Below are positions 40,129 through 48,828 of a stretch of DNA of 64,000 bases, in pieces (within the stretch, counting starts at the first letter, position 1; every line of letters starts with the position of its first letter). The notes below the pieces were generated by a model. That model had not been told where the DNA came from and did no database searches. It was given only the letters and a program-made list of their open reading frames with translations. Location of the stretch: contig JAGHUI010000049.1 in assembly GCA_018064885.1 (NCBI GenBank), positions 7,694-71,693 on the forward strand, written 5' to 3'. The stretch comes from Candidatus Minthosoma equi. Its GTDB lineage: Bacteria > Bacteroidota > Bacteroidia > Bacteroidales > Bacteroidaceae. A program made the position numbers and the translations under genes.

Positions 40129-41739
40129 TCAGAACTTCTGTTCTTCTGTCACATTGCCTTCCATGTCAGTGGCTTTCCAATGTGTGATGTTGCGAGAGTC
40201 GGAAGAGATGGAGATACCGCACTTTGTGACTATCCGCTCATCAGCTTCGTATGGTATGGCGTACCCCTTGCTGTCTATCTGTGCAAGTGCATTATCGACG
40301 GTGTCATCTACTTTCAGTTCCAACACATAAACATCTGTCTTTGTCTTGATTACGACATCGGCACGACCAAGGATGCTCTTGACCTCTGTGTCAACCTTGC
40401 TGTTCAGAAGTGAGAAGATGACGTATATGAGCAATTTGTAGAATGCTTCACGTTTCTTCTTTGCCATCCACTCCTTTTTTGTTATGATGTCGTAAGGGAT
40501 GCTGGCTATGTATGAGCGCAACTCTGTTAGAGCACAGGAAAGATTGCTTTGCTTTATTGCACGAGCCATGGCAAGAATGGCAGCGTTTCGTTCCAAGTCA
40601 TCGGTGTCCATCAGATAGTTTGTCAAGCCGCTGATCATGCCTTGGCGTACTTCATAGTTTGGGAAATGGAGGGTGTAGGAATCAAGGTCCTTGTCGTATG
40701 ATGCAATTGTCAGATAGCCACTCTGATAGAGTAGTGGTATTGGGGTTCTTGCATTCTCGCAAGGAATGTTGAAATCCATTAGCGACAATTCCGCACCGTC
40801 AAAATCGAGAGGATTAAACTCGGGATGATGCTTTAGGTGCTCAATCAAAGCAGTTGTTGTTCCTGACTCAAACCAGTAATGGTCGGTTGTGTTGTCATTT
40901 AGCGCTCTCAGCAAACTGAATGGGGCATAAACATCCTTACTGAATTGAGAGAAATGGTAGCCGTCATAGTTTTTCTTGAGAATATTGTATGCCTGCTCTG
41001 TTGTGATGCTCAGGTTGTTAGCATATTCTTCAACGCATGGACGAAGCACCGTGTCTAATTCATCTTGGGTGACACCGCATATTCCCGAATACTCATTGAG
41101 CATCGATATTTGATAAAGGTTGTTCAGCTCAGAGAAGATGCTGAGCTGCGAGAACTTTGTCACACCCGTGATAAAGACAAAGCGTAGATACGCACCTTCT
41201 TTCTTGAGAACTTGGTAGAAGCCACGAAGCATAGTGCGCATTGCTTCCATGTCAGGAGAGTAAAGCAATCGCATGATTGGGGCATCGTATTCGTCAAGTA
41301 TGACAACAGCCTTTTTGCCAGTTATCTTGCAAGCGTTGTGTATGAGATCTCGAAAACGTGAGCCAACAGTTGTGGACAGAGAATCACGTCCGTATATTTC
41401 CTCGTAAGTTCGTAGTTGAGCTTCAAGATTTGACTGTGCATCAGGGATGGAGTAGTTTTTCAAATCACTCAGGTCGAAATGCAGAACAGGATATGTGTTC
41501 CACTCCTTCTCCAGTTCCATTATCTTCAATCCCTCAAACAGTTCCTTCTGCCCTTGAAAGTAAGCCTTGAAGGTATTGCAAAGCAATGACTTGCCAAAGC
41601 GACGAGGACGAGCGAGAAAGACATACTGGTACCTGCTGACAAGATCGAACGCCAAGTCTGTCTTGTCAACATATACCATTCCTTTTTCACGAATAAGCTG
41701 GAATTGGTCAGTGTCTATTGGATATAAGAATTTGTTCAT
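40129..41739 (-). CDS. AAA-ATPase-like protein with a C-terminal PD-(D/E)XK nuclease-like domain (AAA_35/PDDEXK_9 type)
   Basis: 536 aa. It has FLARPRRFGKS (P-loop-like), VVILDEYD (Walker B) and, at the C-terminus, GRADVVIKT..VYVLELKVD (a D..ExK motif). Confidence 0.75.
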   Translation of the reverse strand: MNKFLYPIDTDQFQLIREKGMVYVDKTDLAFDLVSRYQYVFLARPRRFGKSLLCNTFKAYFQGQKELFEGLKIMELEKEWNTYPVLHFDLSDLKNYSIPDAQSNLEAQLRTYEEIYGRDSLSTTVGSRFRDLIHNACKITGKKAVVILDEYDAPIMRLLYSPDMEAMRTMLRGFYQVLKKEGAYLRFVFITGVTKFSQLSIFSELNNLYQISMLNEYSGICGVTQDELDTVLRPCVEEYANNLSITTEQAYNILKKNYDGYHFSQFSKDVYAPFSLLRALNDNTTDHYWFESGTTTALIEHLKHHPEFNPLDFDGAELSLMDFNIPCENARTPIPLLYQSGYLTIASYDKDLDSYTLHFPNYEVRQGMISGLTNYLMDTDDLERNAAILAMARAIKQSNLSCALTELRSYIASIPYDIITKKEWMAKKKREAFYKLLIYVIFSLLNSKVDTEVKSILGRADVVIKTKTDVYVLELKVDDTVDNALAQIDSKGYAIPYEADERIVTKCGISISSDSRNITHWKATDMEGNVTEEQKF

Positions 41740-41764
41740 GCTCTTTCATTGTGCTAAATGATTG

Positions 41765-41772
41765 CAAATGTA
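41765..41772 (-). promoter_or_regulatory. candidate proximal -7 box (TACATTTG on the minus strand) for the ATPase gene
   Basis: The plus strand reads CAAATGTA, 26 nt upstream of the ATG at 41739. Confidence 0.35.
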
Positions 41773-41905
41773 ATGAATTTATGCATAATATTCAAATATC
41801 TTGCAATAATTGATAAGTAAGAAGCATAAAATATTAGTAAACACTCGTAATTGCAACGTGCAAAAGCGAACAAATGCAACAGGAATATGCTCGTAAATAA
41901 AACGG

Positions 41906-41989
41906 GACAAAAGCCTTGGCTCATGCGACAAAGCTTTTGTCCCGTTAGACAAAGCTTTTGACTCATCGGACAAAAGCTTTGATTTGTTT
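41906..41989. repeat. 4 x 21-bp tandem repeats with a near-palindromic CAAAGCTTTTG core
   Basis: GACA-headed units start at 41906, 41927, 41948 and 41969. A perfect 14-bp inverted repeat pairs aacgggacaaaagc (41901-41914) with gcttttgtcccgtt (41933-41946), and a second hairpin pairs 41950-41960 with 41971-41981. Confidence 0.9.
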
Positions 41990-42021
41990 GTCTATTTCTT
42001 GGTAGTTGTTGAAAAAAATGC

Positions 42022-42029
42022 TAACTTTG
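42022..42029 (+). promoter_or_regulatory. Bacteroidota -7 promoter box TAACTTTG
   Basis: 118 nt upstream of the ATG at 42147. Confidence 0.4.
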
Positions 42030-42081
42030 CATCTATCAAGAGATTTTGCGGTGAAAGAAACGGATTTGTTCCTTTCTTTTG

Positions 42082-42089
42082 CAAAGTTA
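42082..42089 (-). promoter_or_regulatory. minus-strand -7 box (TAACTTTG)
   Basis: The plus strand reads CAAAGTTA. Together with 42022 it forms an imperfect inverted promoter pair. If used, its leader would cross the 21-bp repeat array. Confidence 0.3.
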
Positions 42090-42146
42090 CAAAAAATAGA
42101 TGAGATTGTCAAGTTTTTTTGCTCAAAATATTAAAAACTTAAAGGT

Positions 42147-42764
42147 ATGCAGTACGAAATAAAGGAAATGCCTGACTTGCAGAAGGCAGGCAAGCGAAAG
42201 GTGATGGCTAAGCCGCTGAATTTTTATCAGATAGATTATGAAACATTCTTGGACAACTGGGAGAAGGAGAGTGCTTTTGACAAGGGTGTGATGAGGGGTG
42301 TGCTGGATGAATTCCGCCATCAGCTTCAGCGCTATATGGCGATTGGTCATAGTGTGAAAGTGGATGGCTTGTTCGTGGCGAGCATTGCGCTCAGCAACAG
42401 ACATGGGGCAGAGGAAGTGAAGGAGGAAGGTTTGCGATATGACACCAATGGCGTGTATATCAAGGGTGTGAACTTCCAGACAGATGCTAAGTGGCTGAAG
42501 AATATGCGCAATCAGATATCGCTGGAGAAGGTGGGCAAGGTGAAGACGTTGCGACAGGTGTCATCAACAGAAGAGGAACGCTTGCAGATGGCACTTGACT
42601 ACATGCGTGAGCATCATGGCATGATTCGTGTGCCAAAGTACGATGCCCTCACAGGAATCGGTCACACGAACGCATGCAAGGAACTGAGGAAGTTTAGCCG
42701 CATGCCTGAATCGGGCATAAAGTCTGTAGGCAAAGGCAGTTCGCTTGTTTATGTATGCAATTGA
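42147..42764 (+). CDS. HU-related (HU_HIG/TIGR01201-like) DNA-binding protein with a C-terminal extension
   Basis: The N-terminal pattern (..GKRKVMAKP..QIDYETFLD..VLDEFRHQLQRYMAIGHSVKVDGLF) resembles Bacteroidales histone-like proteins. Confidence 0.5.
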   Translation: MQYEIKEMPDLQKAGKRKVMAKPLNFYQIDYETFLDNWEKESAFDKGVMRGVLDEFRHQLQRYMAIGHSVKVDGLFVASIALSNRHGAEEVKEEGLRYDTNGVYIKGVNFQTDAKWLKNMRNQISLEKVGKVKTLRQVSSTEEERLQMALDYMREHHGMIRVPKYDALTGIGHTNACKELRKFSRMPESGIKSVGKGSSLVYVCN

Positions 42765-42782
42765 TATACAAATAGGGTTAAT

Positions 42783-43016
42783 ATGAAGAATTTTGTTGGG
42801 TATGCCGTACTATCTATCTTTTTATTGATGGCGGTTACTTTTTGTATTTGCTTCTTTGTAATAGGAATACAAAGACTTGTCAAAAGGGGCAAGACAATGA
42901 AAAAACTATACATATTTTTGTATGTTTTTGGCTTGGTGGTAGATGCACTGATGACTGCTGCTATAATCTATATTATGGCAGGCATGGTCTTTACCGATCC
43001 TTTTATTGCTCATTAA
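42783..43016 (+). CDS. small two-TM membrane protein (hypothetical)
   Basis: 77 aa with two hydrophobic helices separated by a basic loop (RLVKRGKTMKK). Confidence 0.45.
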   Translation: MKNFVGYAVLSIFLLMAVTFCICFFVIGIQRLVKRGKTMKKLYIFLYVFGLVVDALMTAAIIYIMAGMVFTDPFIAH

Positions 43017-43033
43017 ATAGCTTGCAAGCGAAC

Positions 43034-44152
43034 TCAAATGTTTGCTTTAAGGCAGTTGATCATCTCCTTCGCTGCTCTTGTTGAGGCTCCAGAACCACCA
43101 AGTATTTGGTTCATCTCCTCATAATCGTCAAGCATTTGCTGACGAGCTTTTCCGCCAGGCAGAATGTTGCCAAGGTGCTTGATGATGTTCTCTTTTGTCA
43201 TTTTGTCAAGAATAAGCTCGGGAACAATCTCACTGTCAACCACAAGGTTAACGAGTGATACGTACTTTACTTTGATCAATACGCCTCTCAGCCATGTGAA
43301 GAACTTGCCCATAGGAGAATAGTAGCAAACCACTTGTGGCACTCGCAGTATGGCTGTTTCGAGTGTAGCTGTTCCTGATGTCACCAATGCTGCGCATGAT
43401 TCCCTGAGAATCTTGTATGTCTCGCCAAACCTGATTTCGACATCCATTCCTTGAGGTATGTATTTATTATAATATGTGATGTCAATATTTGGTGCGCCAG
43501 CGATGACCATCTTGTATTCTTTGAAAGTTGAGGCTGCATCCAGCATTCTTCCTAGATTATCCTTGATTTCTTGCTTTCTGCTTCCGGCAAGGATTGCTAT
43601 TTGTTTGCTGTTATTGCTGTTGGCAGGCGTTTCGTTTTTATTGTCATTGTAAATTGCATCAACACAAGGATTGCCAACATAGTGGATAGGGTATTGGCGG
43701 TCTGCAAACCACTTCACCTCAAACGGAAGGATTGAGAAGAGTTCGTCAACGTCGCGGCGTATGTTCTTGATTCTGTATTCTTTCCATGCCCATATCTTCG
43801 GACTTATATAATAGAATACTTTGCAAATCCTTCTTTCGTGAACAAACTTGGCTATGTCGAGATTGAATCCTGGATAGTCAACAAGAATAACAACATCAGG
43901 ACACCACATCTGTATGTCCTCCTTGCATTTCTTCATGTTTGTAAGGATTGTTGGTAAATGCATCAGAACGGGAATGAATCCCATGTATGCCAATTCCTTG
44001 TAATGCTTTACAAGTGTGCCGCCAACAGCAGCCATTTTATCACCGCCATAGAAACGGAAAACAGCATCTTTGTCTTCTTCTTTCAACGCTGCCATCAGGT
44101 TGGAGGCATGAAGATCGCCTGAGGCTTCACCTGCTATGAGATAGTATTTCAT
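43034..44152 (-). CDS. lpxB: lipid-A-disaccharide synthase
   Basis: 372 aa. The N-terminus reads MKYYLIAGEASGDLHASNLM, and SGTATLE is present. Confidence 0.92.
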   Translation of the reverse strand: MKYYLIAGEASGDLHASNLMAALKEEDKDAVFRFYGGDKMAAVGGTLVKHYKELAYMGFIPVLMHLPTILTNMKKCKEDIQMWCPDVVILVDYPGFNLDIAKFVHERRICKVFYYISPKIWAWKEYRIKNIRRDVDELFSILPFEVKWFADRQYPIHYVGNPCVDAIYNDNKNETPANSNNSKQIAILAGSRKQEIKDNLGRMLDAASTFKEYKMVIAGAPNIDITYYNKYIPQGMDVEIRFGETYKILRESCAALVTSGTATLETAILRVPQVVCYYSPMGKFFTWLRGVLIKVKYVSLVNLVVDSEIVPELILDKMTKENIIKHLGNILPGGKARQQMLDDYEEMNQILGGSGASTRAAKEMINCLKANI

Positions 44153-44925
44153 TCCAGTTCAGTCCTAAGTTTGTCAATCATTTGATATGCAGTCAAATCT
44201 AGCTGTATTGGAGTCACGGCAACATATCCGTTGTCGAATGCCCATGAGTCAGATTCCTTGTCGTCAGAAATGAATGGTTCGTAGTAGCCTGCAATCCAAT
44301 AGTACTTGCCGCCTCTTGGATGATCTTTCTCTATCCATTCATCCTTCCATTCTCCCATACCCATCTTGCAGACTTTTATGCCTTTCAAATCTTTTACGGC
44401 AGGTACATTCACGTTGAGGCATACGCCTGCAGGCAGACCTTCGTCCAGCACCATCTTTACAATCTTCTGAACGCTTTGCTTCATGTAGGAGAAGTCTGTA
44501 TCTGCATCCATGTATCCGCTTGAGAAAGCTATGGAAGGTATGCGCTTCACACATCCTTCAAGGGCAACAGCCATTGTTCCTGAATAGTGAGCGTTCACAG
44601 CACAGTTATCGCCGTGGTTTATTCCGCCCAAAACAACGTCTGGAGTTTTTGGCAACAACTTTTCAAATGCCATCTTCACGCAATCGTCTGGTGTGCCGCT
44701 GCAAGACCATACTGTCAGGCTTCCCTTTCCTTCTTCTGCTGGTTCGTACTTAATATGTTTGTTTCTTACAGGCATTGTACTTGTTATACTCATGCTTGCG
44801 CCGCTGCGTCCTCCTGTTGGAGCCACAACAAAAACATCACCAAACGAACGCACCATTTCCGACAGCTGTTTTATGCCTTCAGCATCGAAGCCATCATCAT
44901 TGCTTATAAATATGAGTTTTTCCAT
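44149..44925 (-). CDS. surE: 5'/3'-nucleotidase SurE
   Basis: It carries ISNDDGFDAEGI and GINHGDN motifs and overlaps lpxB by 4 nt. Confidence 0.92.
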   Translation of the reverse strand: MEKLIFISNDDGFDAEGIKQLSEMVRSFGDVFVVAPTGGRSGASMSITSTMPVRNKHIKYEPAEEGKGSLTVWSCSGTPDDCVKMAFEKLLPKTPDVVLGGINHGDNCAVNAHYSGTMAVALEGCVKRIPSIAFSSGYMDADTDFSYMKQSVQKIVKMVLDEGLPAGVCLNVNVPAVKDLKGIKVCKMGMGEWKDEWIEKDHPRGGKYYWIAGYYEPFISDDKESDSWAFDNGYVAVTPIQLDLTAYQMIDKLRTELE

Positions 44926-45047
44926 TATTTTTTGTTATTTGACTACAAATTTACGGAAAACCTTTGTAATAATGACGGAAATATGCTAAAAATCATGTTT
45001 TGTGAAAAAAAAACTTCAAAACTCTTTGTCGGTTTCAAAAAAAGCAG

Positions 45048-45055
45048 TACCTTTG
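45048..45055 (+). promoter_or_regulatory. Bacteroidota -7 promoter box TACCTTTG
   Basis: 52 nt upstream of tRNA-Gln. Confidence 0.45.
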
Positions 45056-45106
45056 CATCGCAATTGAGGAAGAGAGGTTCTCAACCGCATTTTGCTGAAA
45101 TAAAAT

Positions 45107-45178
45107 TGGGATATGGTGTAATTGGCAACACAACAGATTCTGGTCCTGTTATTCCTGGTTCGAGCCCGGGTATCCCAA
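45107..45178 (+). tRNA. tRNA-Gln (anticodon CTG)
   Basis: Acceptor TGGGATA/TATCCCA (the U1-A72 pair is typical of tRNA-Gln), anticodon loop TTCTGGT, and T-arm CCTGG-TTCGAGC-CCGGG. Confidence 0.85.
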
Positions 45179-45180
45179 CA

Positions 45181-45215
45181 AAAAAAGACTTCGAAATATC
45201 GGAGTCTTTTTTGTT
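45181..45215 (+). terminator. rho-independent terminator after tRNA-Gln
   Basis: aaaaaagacttcg pairs with cggagtctttttt across a 6-nt loop. Confidence 0.8.
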
Positions 45216-45252
45216 TTTATGCATTATGTTTGCATAACTTAAATATTATTCT

Positions 45253-45260
45253 TACTTTTG
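45253..45260 (+). promoter_or_regulatory. Bacteroidota -7 promoter box TACTTTTG
   Basis: 58 nt upstream of the ATG at 45318. Confidence 0.45.
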
Positions 45261-45317
45261 CATACATTATTTATTTGTGTTTATTTTTAATTACCTACTT
45301 TATATATTTATGCTATC

Positions 45318-47738
45318 ATGAAAAGAACAATTTGTTCATTGTTGTCTTTGCTTGTTGCCATGATTTGTCTGGCGCAAGAAGGAAAAATGTATATCATACA
45401 CAGTAGCGGAAACGTGTTGGGAAAGGGGGCGAGCGATCGTGCTGTCCTGACAAGTGCCAATGATGCTAAGCCGCTTATGTTAACCAAACTTCAGGACGGA
45501 AGTGTCACATTGGAAAGTGATGGTAAGTATTTGAGTTTAGGAACTGAAAATGGCTGGAGTACATATTTCGTTTCTAACTCTACTGATGCGCGTGCTCACT
45601 ATAAGGTGGAGACCAGCGGAAGCTATGTGAAATTGAAGAATATGCAAACAAATGCATATCTTGGCACAGATGATGTTAATGTTGGCGCGTATGTGTATTC
45701 TGACAAAAATGGAAGTGACACTAAGCATCTGTGGCGACTAAGTGATACGCCTACATTTACTGCTGAGGTTGACACGATTGCTTATCCAATAAGTATTGAT
45801 GCGCGCAGACAAATCATAGAAGGATGGGGTGTTAGCCTTTGCTGGTGGGCTAATATGTGCGGCAAATGGAGCGATGCCAAAATAGACCAATTAATAGATT
45901 GGATGGTGAGTCCAGAAGGTCTTAACTGGAATATTTTCAGATATAATATCGGTGGTGGTGATGATCCTAACTGGACTAATTGCTATCCTCATCACATGGG
46001 CAATGGCAAAGGATTGCGTGCAGAGATGGAGGGATTCCAGGACGAAAGAGGGGGAGAGTATCATTGGGAACGAGATGCTGCTCAAAGAAAGATAATGCTA
46101 AAAATCAAGGAGAAGCGTCCTGATGCTATCTTTGAGGCGTTCTCGAATAGTTGTCCTTGGTGGATGACGTATAGCGGTTGCTGTTCTGGAAATGAAGATG
46201 GTGGAAAAGATAATCTCAAGCCTGAATACTATGAGGATTTTGCTCACTATCTTGTAGATGTATGTAAGCACTATAAAGATGAGTATGGTATAGAGTTCAA
46301 GACTCTTGAACCATTCAACGAATCAGTAACTAATTTCTGGTATAAGGCTGGTGTGCAGGAAGGTTGCCATTTTGATTTTGCAAGTCAGGTTGCATTTGTT
46401 AAGGTGCTTGCGCCTATACTTGCAGAAAGCGGACTCAATACGGTGATAAGTGCTGCAGATGAGACTAATATCGGACTTGCTGTTGGTGGACTGAATGAGT
46501 TTAAGCAATCTGGCGCTATGAAATATGTTGGTCAGTGGAACTCTCATACATACAGCGGAGACAATCGTGCTCGCAGTCAGTTTGGTACGTTGGCTCGTGC
46601 AGAAGGTAAGATGGTGTGGATGAGTGAGACTGGTTCGGGAGGTTCTGGTATTGCAGGCAACCTGTCTATGGCACAACGCTTAATTGACGATGTGCGCTAT
46701 ATTGCTCCTGAAGCATGGGTGGATTGGCAGTATATGGAGGAAGCTAATGATCAATGGTGTTTTGTAAGAGGCAGTTTTGCTAATGCCACATTCTCGAAAG
46801 TCAAGAATTTCTATGTGCGTCAGCAAATTACCCGATTTATAAAAAAAGGATATACCATTATTGGCAGTCTAAACGATCATTCTCTTGCTGCTGTTAATTC
46901 AGATAATACAGAGATGGTTATTGTGCTTCTTAACACAGATATGACAACCGTTCACCATTTGTGTCTCCCTATGGTTACTGTTAGTGGCGATGTGAAAGCA
47001 TGGCGAACAAGCGAGAAAGAGTCACTAAAGAATGTTGCAGACTTTAAGTTGTTGAGCGAAAACAGGATAGAAGTTACACTTCCAGAACAGAGTATAACAA
47101 CGCTTGTAATACCAATCAATAGTGACATTCATCCGTCTGATGATATAACAGATGGTGATACATATATAATAGTTCCTCAGTCAAATGCCTCCGTAGCTGT
47201 TTCTACAAACTCAAATGAACTGTATATAACAAATATTGATTTGGATGACCCAGCTCAGCGTTGGACTTTCAATAAGGTTTCTGAGGGTGTTTATAGTATG
47301 GTGAACGGTAAAGGTCAAGTACCAACTTCTTCATCACAATACGCAATACATACAGTTAAAAGCGGTTCCAGTTCTCTGAGGAGTCAGCAATATAAGATTG
47401 AAAAAATTGATGGCATCAATTATCGCATTATGCTCAATGGTGATTCCAAGAAAAGAGGATGGGATCTTTCAAATGCATCTGTAAATGCAGGAACACAAGT
47501 TGGTGCATGGGAGTATGGCACAACATATTCTAATGATCATCGAAATTGGTTCTTTGTAAAAGTAGATTCATCTGATACCAATACTAACATTTCTCGCATT
47601 GCAGACGATGATGAGGCTGGCAGCAAGATTCAATCAATCTATTCTGTGGCTGGTATCAAGCTCAATAATGTTCAACCTGGTATTAATATCGTTAGATACA
47701 AGAATGGAAAAGTTAAAAAACTAATGATACGTCGTTAA
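45318..47738 (+). CDS. glycoside hydrolase family 30-like enzyme with flanking beta-trefoil/ricin-like modules and a T9SS C-terminal sorting domain
   Basis: It has a signal peptide and a GH30/COG5520-like core (IEGWGVSLCWWANM..WMSETG). Ricin-like QxW traces (QRWTF, NWFFV) are visible, and the C-terminus ..PGINIVRYKNGKVKKLMIRR is CTD-like. Confidence 0.7.
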   Translation: MKRTICSLLSLLVAMICLAQEGKMYIIHSSGNVLGKGASDRAVLTSANDAKPLMLTKLQDGSVTLESDGKYLSLGTENGWSTYFVSNSTDARAHYKVETSGSYVKLKNMQTNAYLGTDDVNVGAYVYSDKNGSDTKHLWRLSDTPTFTAEVDTIAYPISIDARRQIIEGWGVSLCWWANMCGKWSDAKIDQLIDWMVSPEGLNWNIFRYNIGGGDDPNWTNCYPHHMGNGKGLRAEMEGFQDERGGEYHWERDAAQRKIMLKIKEKRPDAIFEAFSNSCPWWMTYSGCCSGNEDGGKDNLKPEYYEDFAHYLVDVCKHYKDEYGIEFKTLEPFNESVTNFWYKAGVQEGCHFDFASQVAFVKVLAPILAESGLNTVISAADETNIGLAVGGLNEFKQSGAMKYVGQWNSHTYSGDNRARSQFGTLARAEGKMVWMSETGSGGSGIAGNLSMAQRLIDDVRYIAPEAWVDWQYMEEANDQWCFVRGSFANATFSKVKNFYVRQQITRFIKKGYTIIGSLNDHSLAAVNSDNTEMVIVLLNTDMTTVHHLCLPMVTVSGDVKAWRTSEKESLKNVADFKLLSENRIEVTLPEQSITTLVIPINSDIHPSDDITDGDTYIIVPQSNASVAVSTNSNELYITNIDLDDPAQRWTFNKVSEGVYSMVNGKGQVPTSSSQYAIHTVKSGSSSLRSQQYKIEKIDGINYRIMLNGDSKKRGWDLSNASVNAGTQVGAWEYGTTYSNDHRNWFFVKVDSSDTNTNISRIADDDEAGSKIQSIYSVAGIKLNNVQPGINIVRYKNGKVKKLMIRR

Positions 47739-47761
47739 GAGTGTAGAATTACTACAAAAAC

Positions 47762-47795
47762 AAAAAAGACTTCGATTTCGAAGTCTTTTTGTTTT
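47762..47795. terminator. bidirectional terminator between the GH30 gene and pfkA
   Basis: aaaaaagacttcga pairs with tcgaagtcttttt and is flanked by an A-run and a T-run. Confidence 0.8.
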
Positions 47796-47835
47796 GTTCA
47801 GCTTTGACAATTATCTTGTTAGCAGATGTAATCTG

Positions 47836-48816
47836 TTATATAGATATATTATGGAGAATGTCAAGAAGGTTGCGGTCGATGGCACGAGTGCTTTTGATAG
47901 CGCGTGAGAAAGGAACATAAACGATTTCATCGTTGTCAATACCAATCATCACGTTTCGTAGTCCTTTGAGAAGAGCCTGAACGCTGGCTGCGCCCATTCG
48001 ACTGGCAATGATGCGGTCGTGGGCTGATGGATGTCCGCCACGCTGGAGGTGACCGAGAATGGAAATGCGCACATCAAGGTCTGGGTATTTGCTCTTGACC
48101 AAATCTGCATAGTGCATAGCGCCTCCTACTTGTTCGTTGGCTGCTACTAGCACGATGCTGCTGCCTTTTGTCTTTCGGAATCCATTTTGAATGAAATGGT
48201 TGAGCTGCTCGTCCTCAACTTCGAATGTTGGCACGATCGCTTCTTCACATCCAGAAGCAATACCTGAGTTGAGAGCAAGGAATCCGGCACCGTCGCCCAT
48301 AACTTCTACGAAGAAGAGGCGCTCATGGCTTGTTGCTGTGTCGCGAATCTTGTCAACAGTCTGCATGATTGTGTTCAGAGCCGTATCGTAACCGATGGTA
48401 GTATCTGTGCCGCAAAGGTTGTTGTCGATAGTGGCAGGAATGGCAATACATGGGAAGTCGTGTTCTTGTGCGAAGATGCGTGCTCCGTGGATAGTACCGT
48501 CACCGCCAATAACTACCAGAGCATCAATTTCTTCTTTTACAAGATTTTCGTAAGCCTTCTTTCTTCCTTCAGGATCGCGAAATTCTTTAGATGGGGATGA
48601 CTTGAGGATTGTTCCTCCCATCTGGACGATGTTGCTGACATTCTGAGTTTGGAACTCAACGATGTCGCCGTCAATAAGACCTTTGTAGCCACGGTAAATG
48701 GCTTTTACTTTTAGTCCGTTGTAAATTGCTGAACGTGTTACGGCACGTACTGCGCTGTTCATACCTGGGGCATCATTGCCAGAGGTTATGATTCCGATGC
48801 ATTTGATTTCAGCCAT
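47836..48816 (-). CDS. pfkA: ATP-dependent 6-phosphofructokinase
   Basis: 326 aa with motifs [28 protein letters not shown] and GHLQRGG. Confidence 0.95.
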   Translation of the reverse strand: MAEIKCIGIITSGNDAPGMNSAVRAVTRSAIYNGLKVKAIYRGYKGLIDGDIVEFQTQNVSNIVQMGGTILKSSPSKEFRDPEGRKKAYENLVKEEIDALVVIGGDGTIHGARIFAQEHDFPCIAIPATIDNNLCGTDTTIGYDTALNTIMQTVDKIRDTATSHERLFFVEVMGDGAGFLALNSGIASGCEEAIVPTFEVEDEQLNHFIQNGFRKTKGSSIVLVAANEQVGGAMHYADLVKSKYPDLDVRISILGHLQRGGHPSAHDRIIASRMGAASVQALLKGLRNVMIGIDNDEIVYVPFSRAIKSTRAIDRNLLDILHNISI

Positions 48817-48828
48817 ACTATGTTTTTT

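Noticed and set aside
41754-41973. 70-aa and 64-aa minus-strand ORFs (MSQKLC.. repeats)
   Set aside because: They are translations of the 21-bp DNA repeat array. The repeats explain the peptide periodicity, and no start context is present.
44587-45237. 216-aa plus-strand ORF
   Set aside because: It is antisense to surE and then runs through the tRNA-Gln gene and its terminator, so it is not plausible as a gene.
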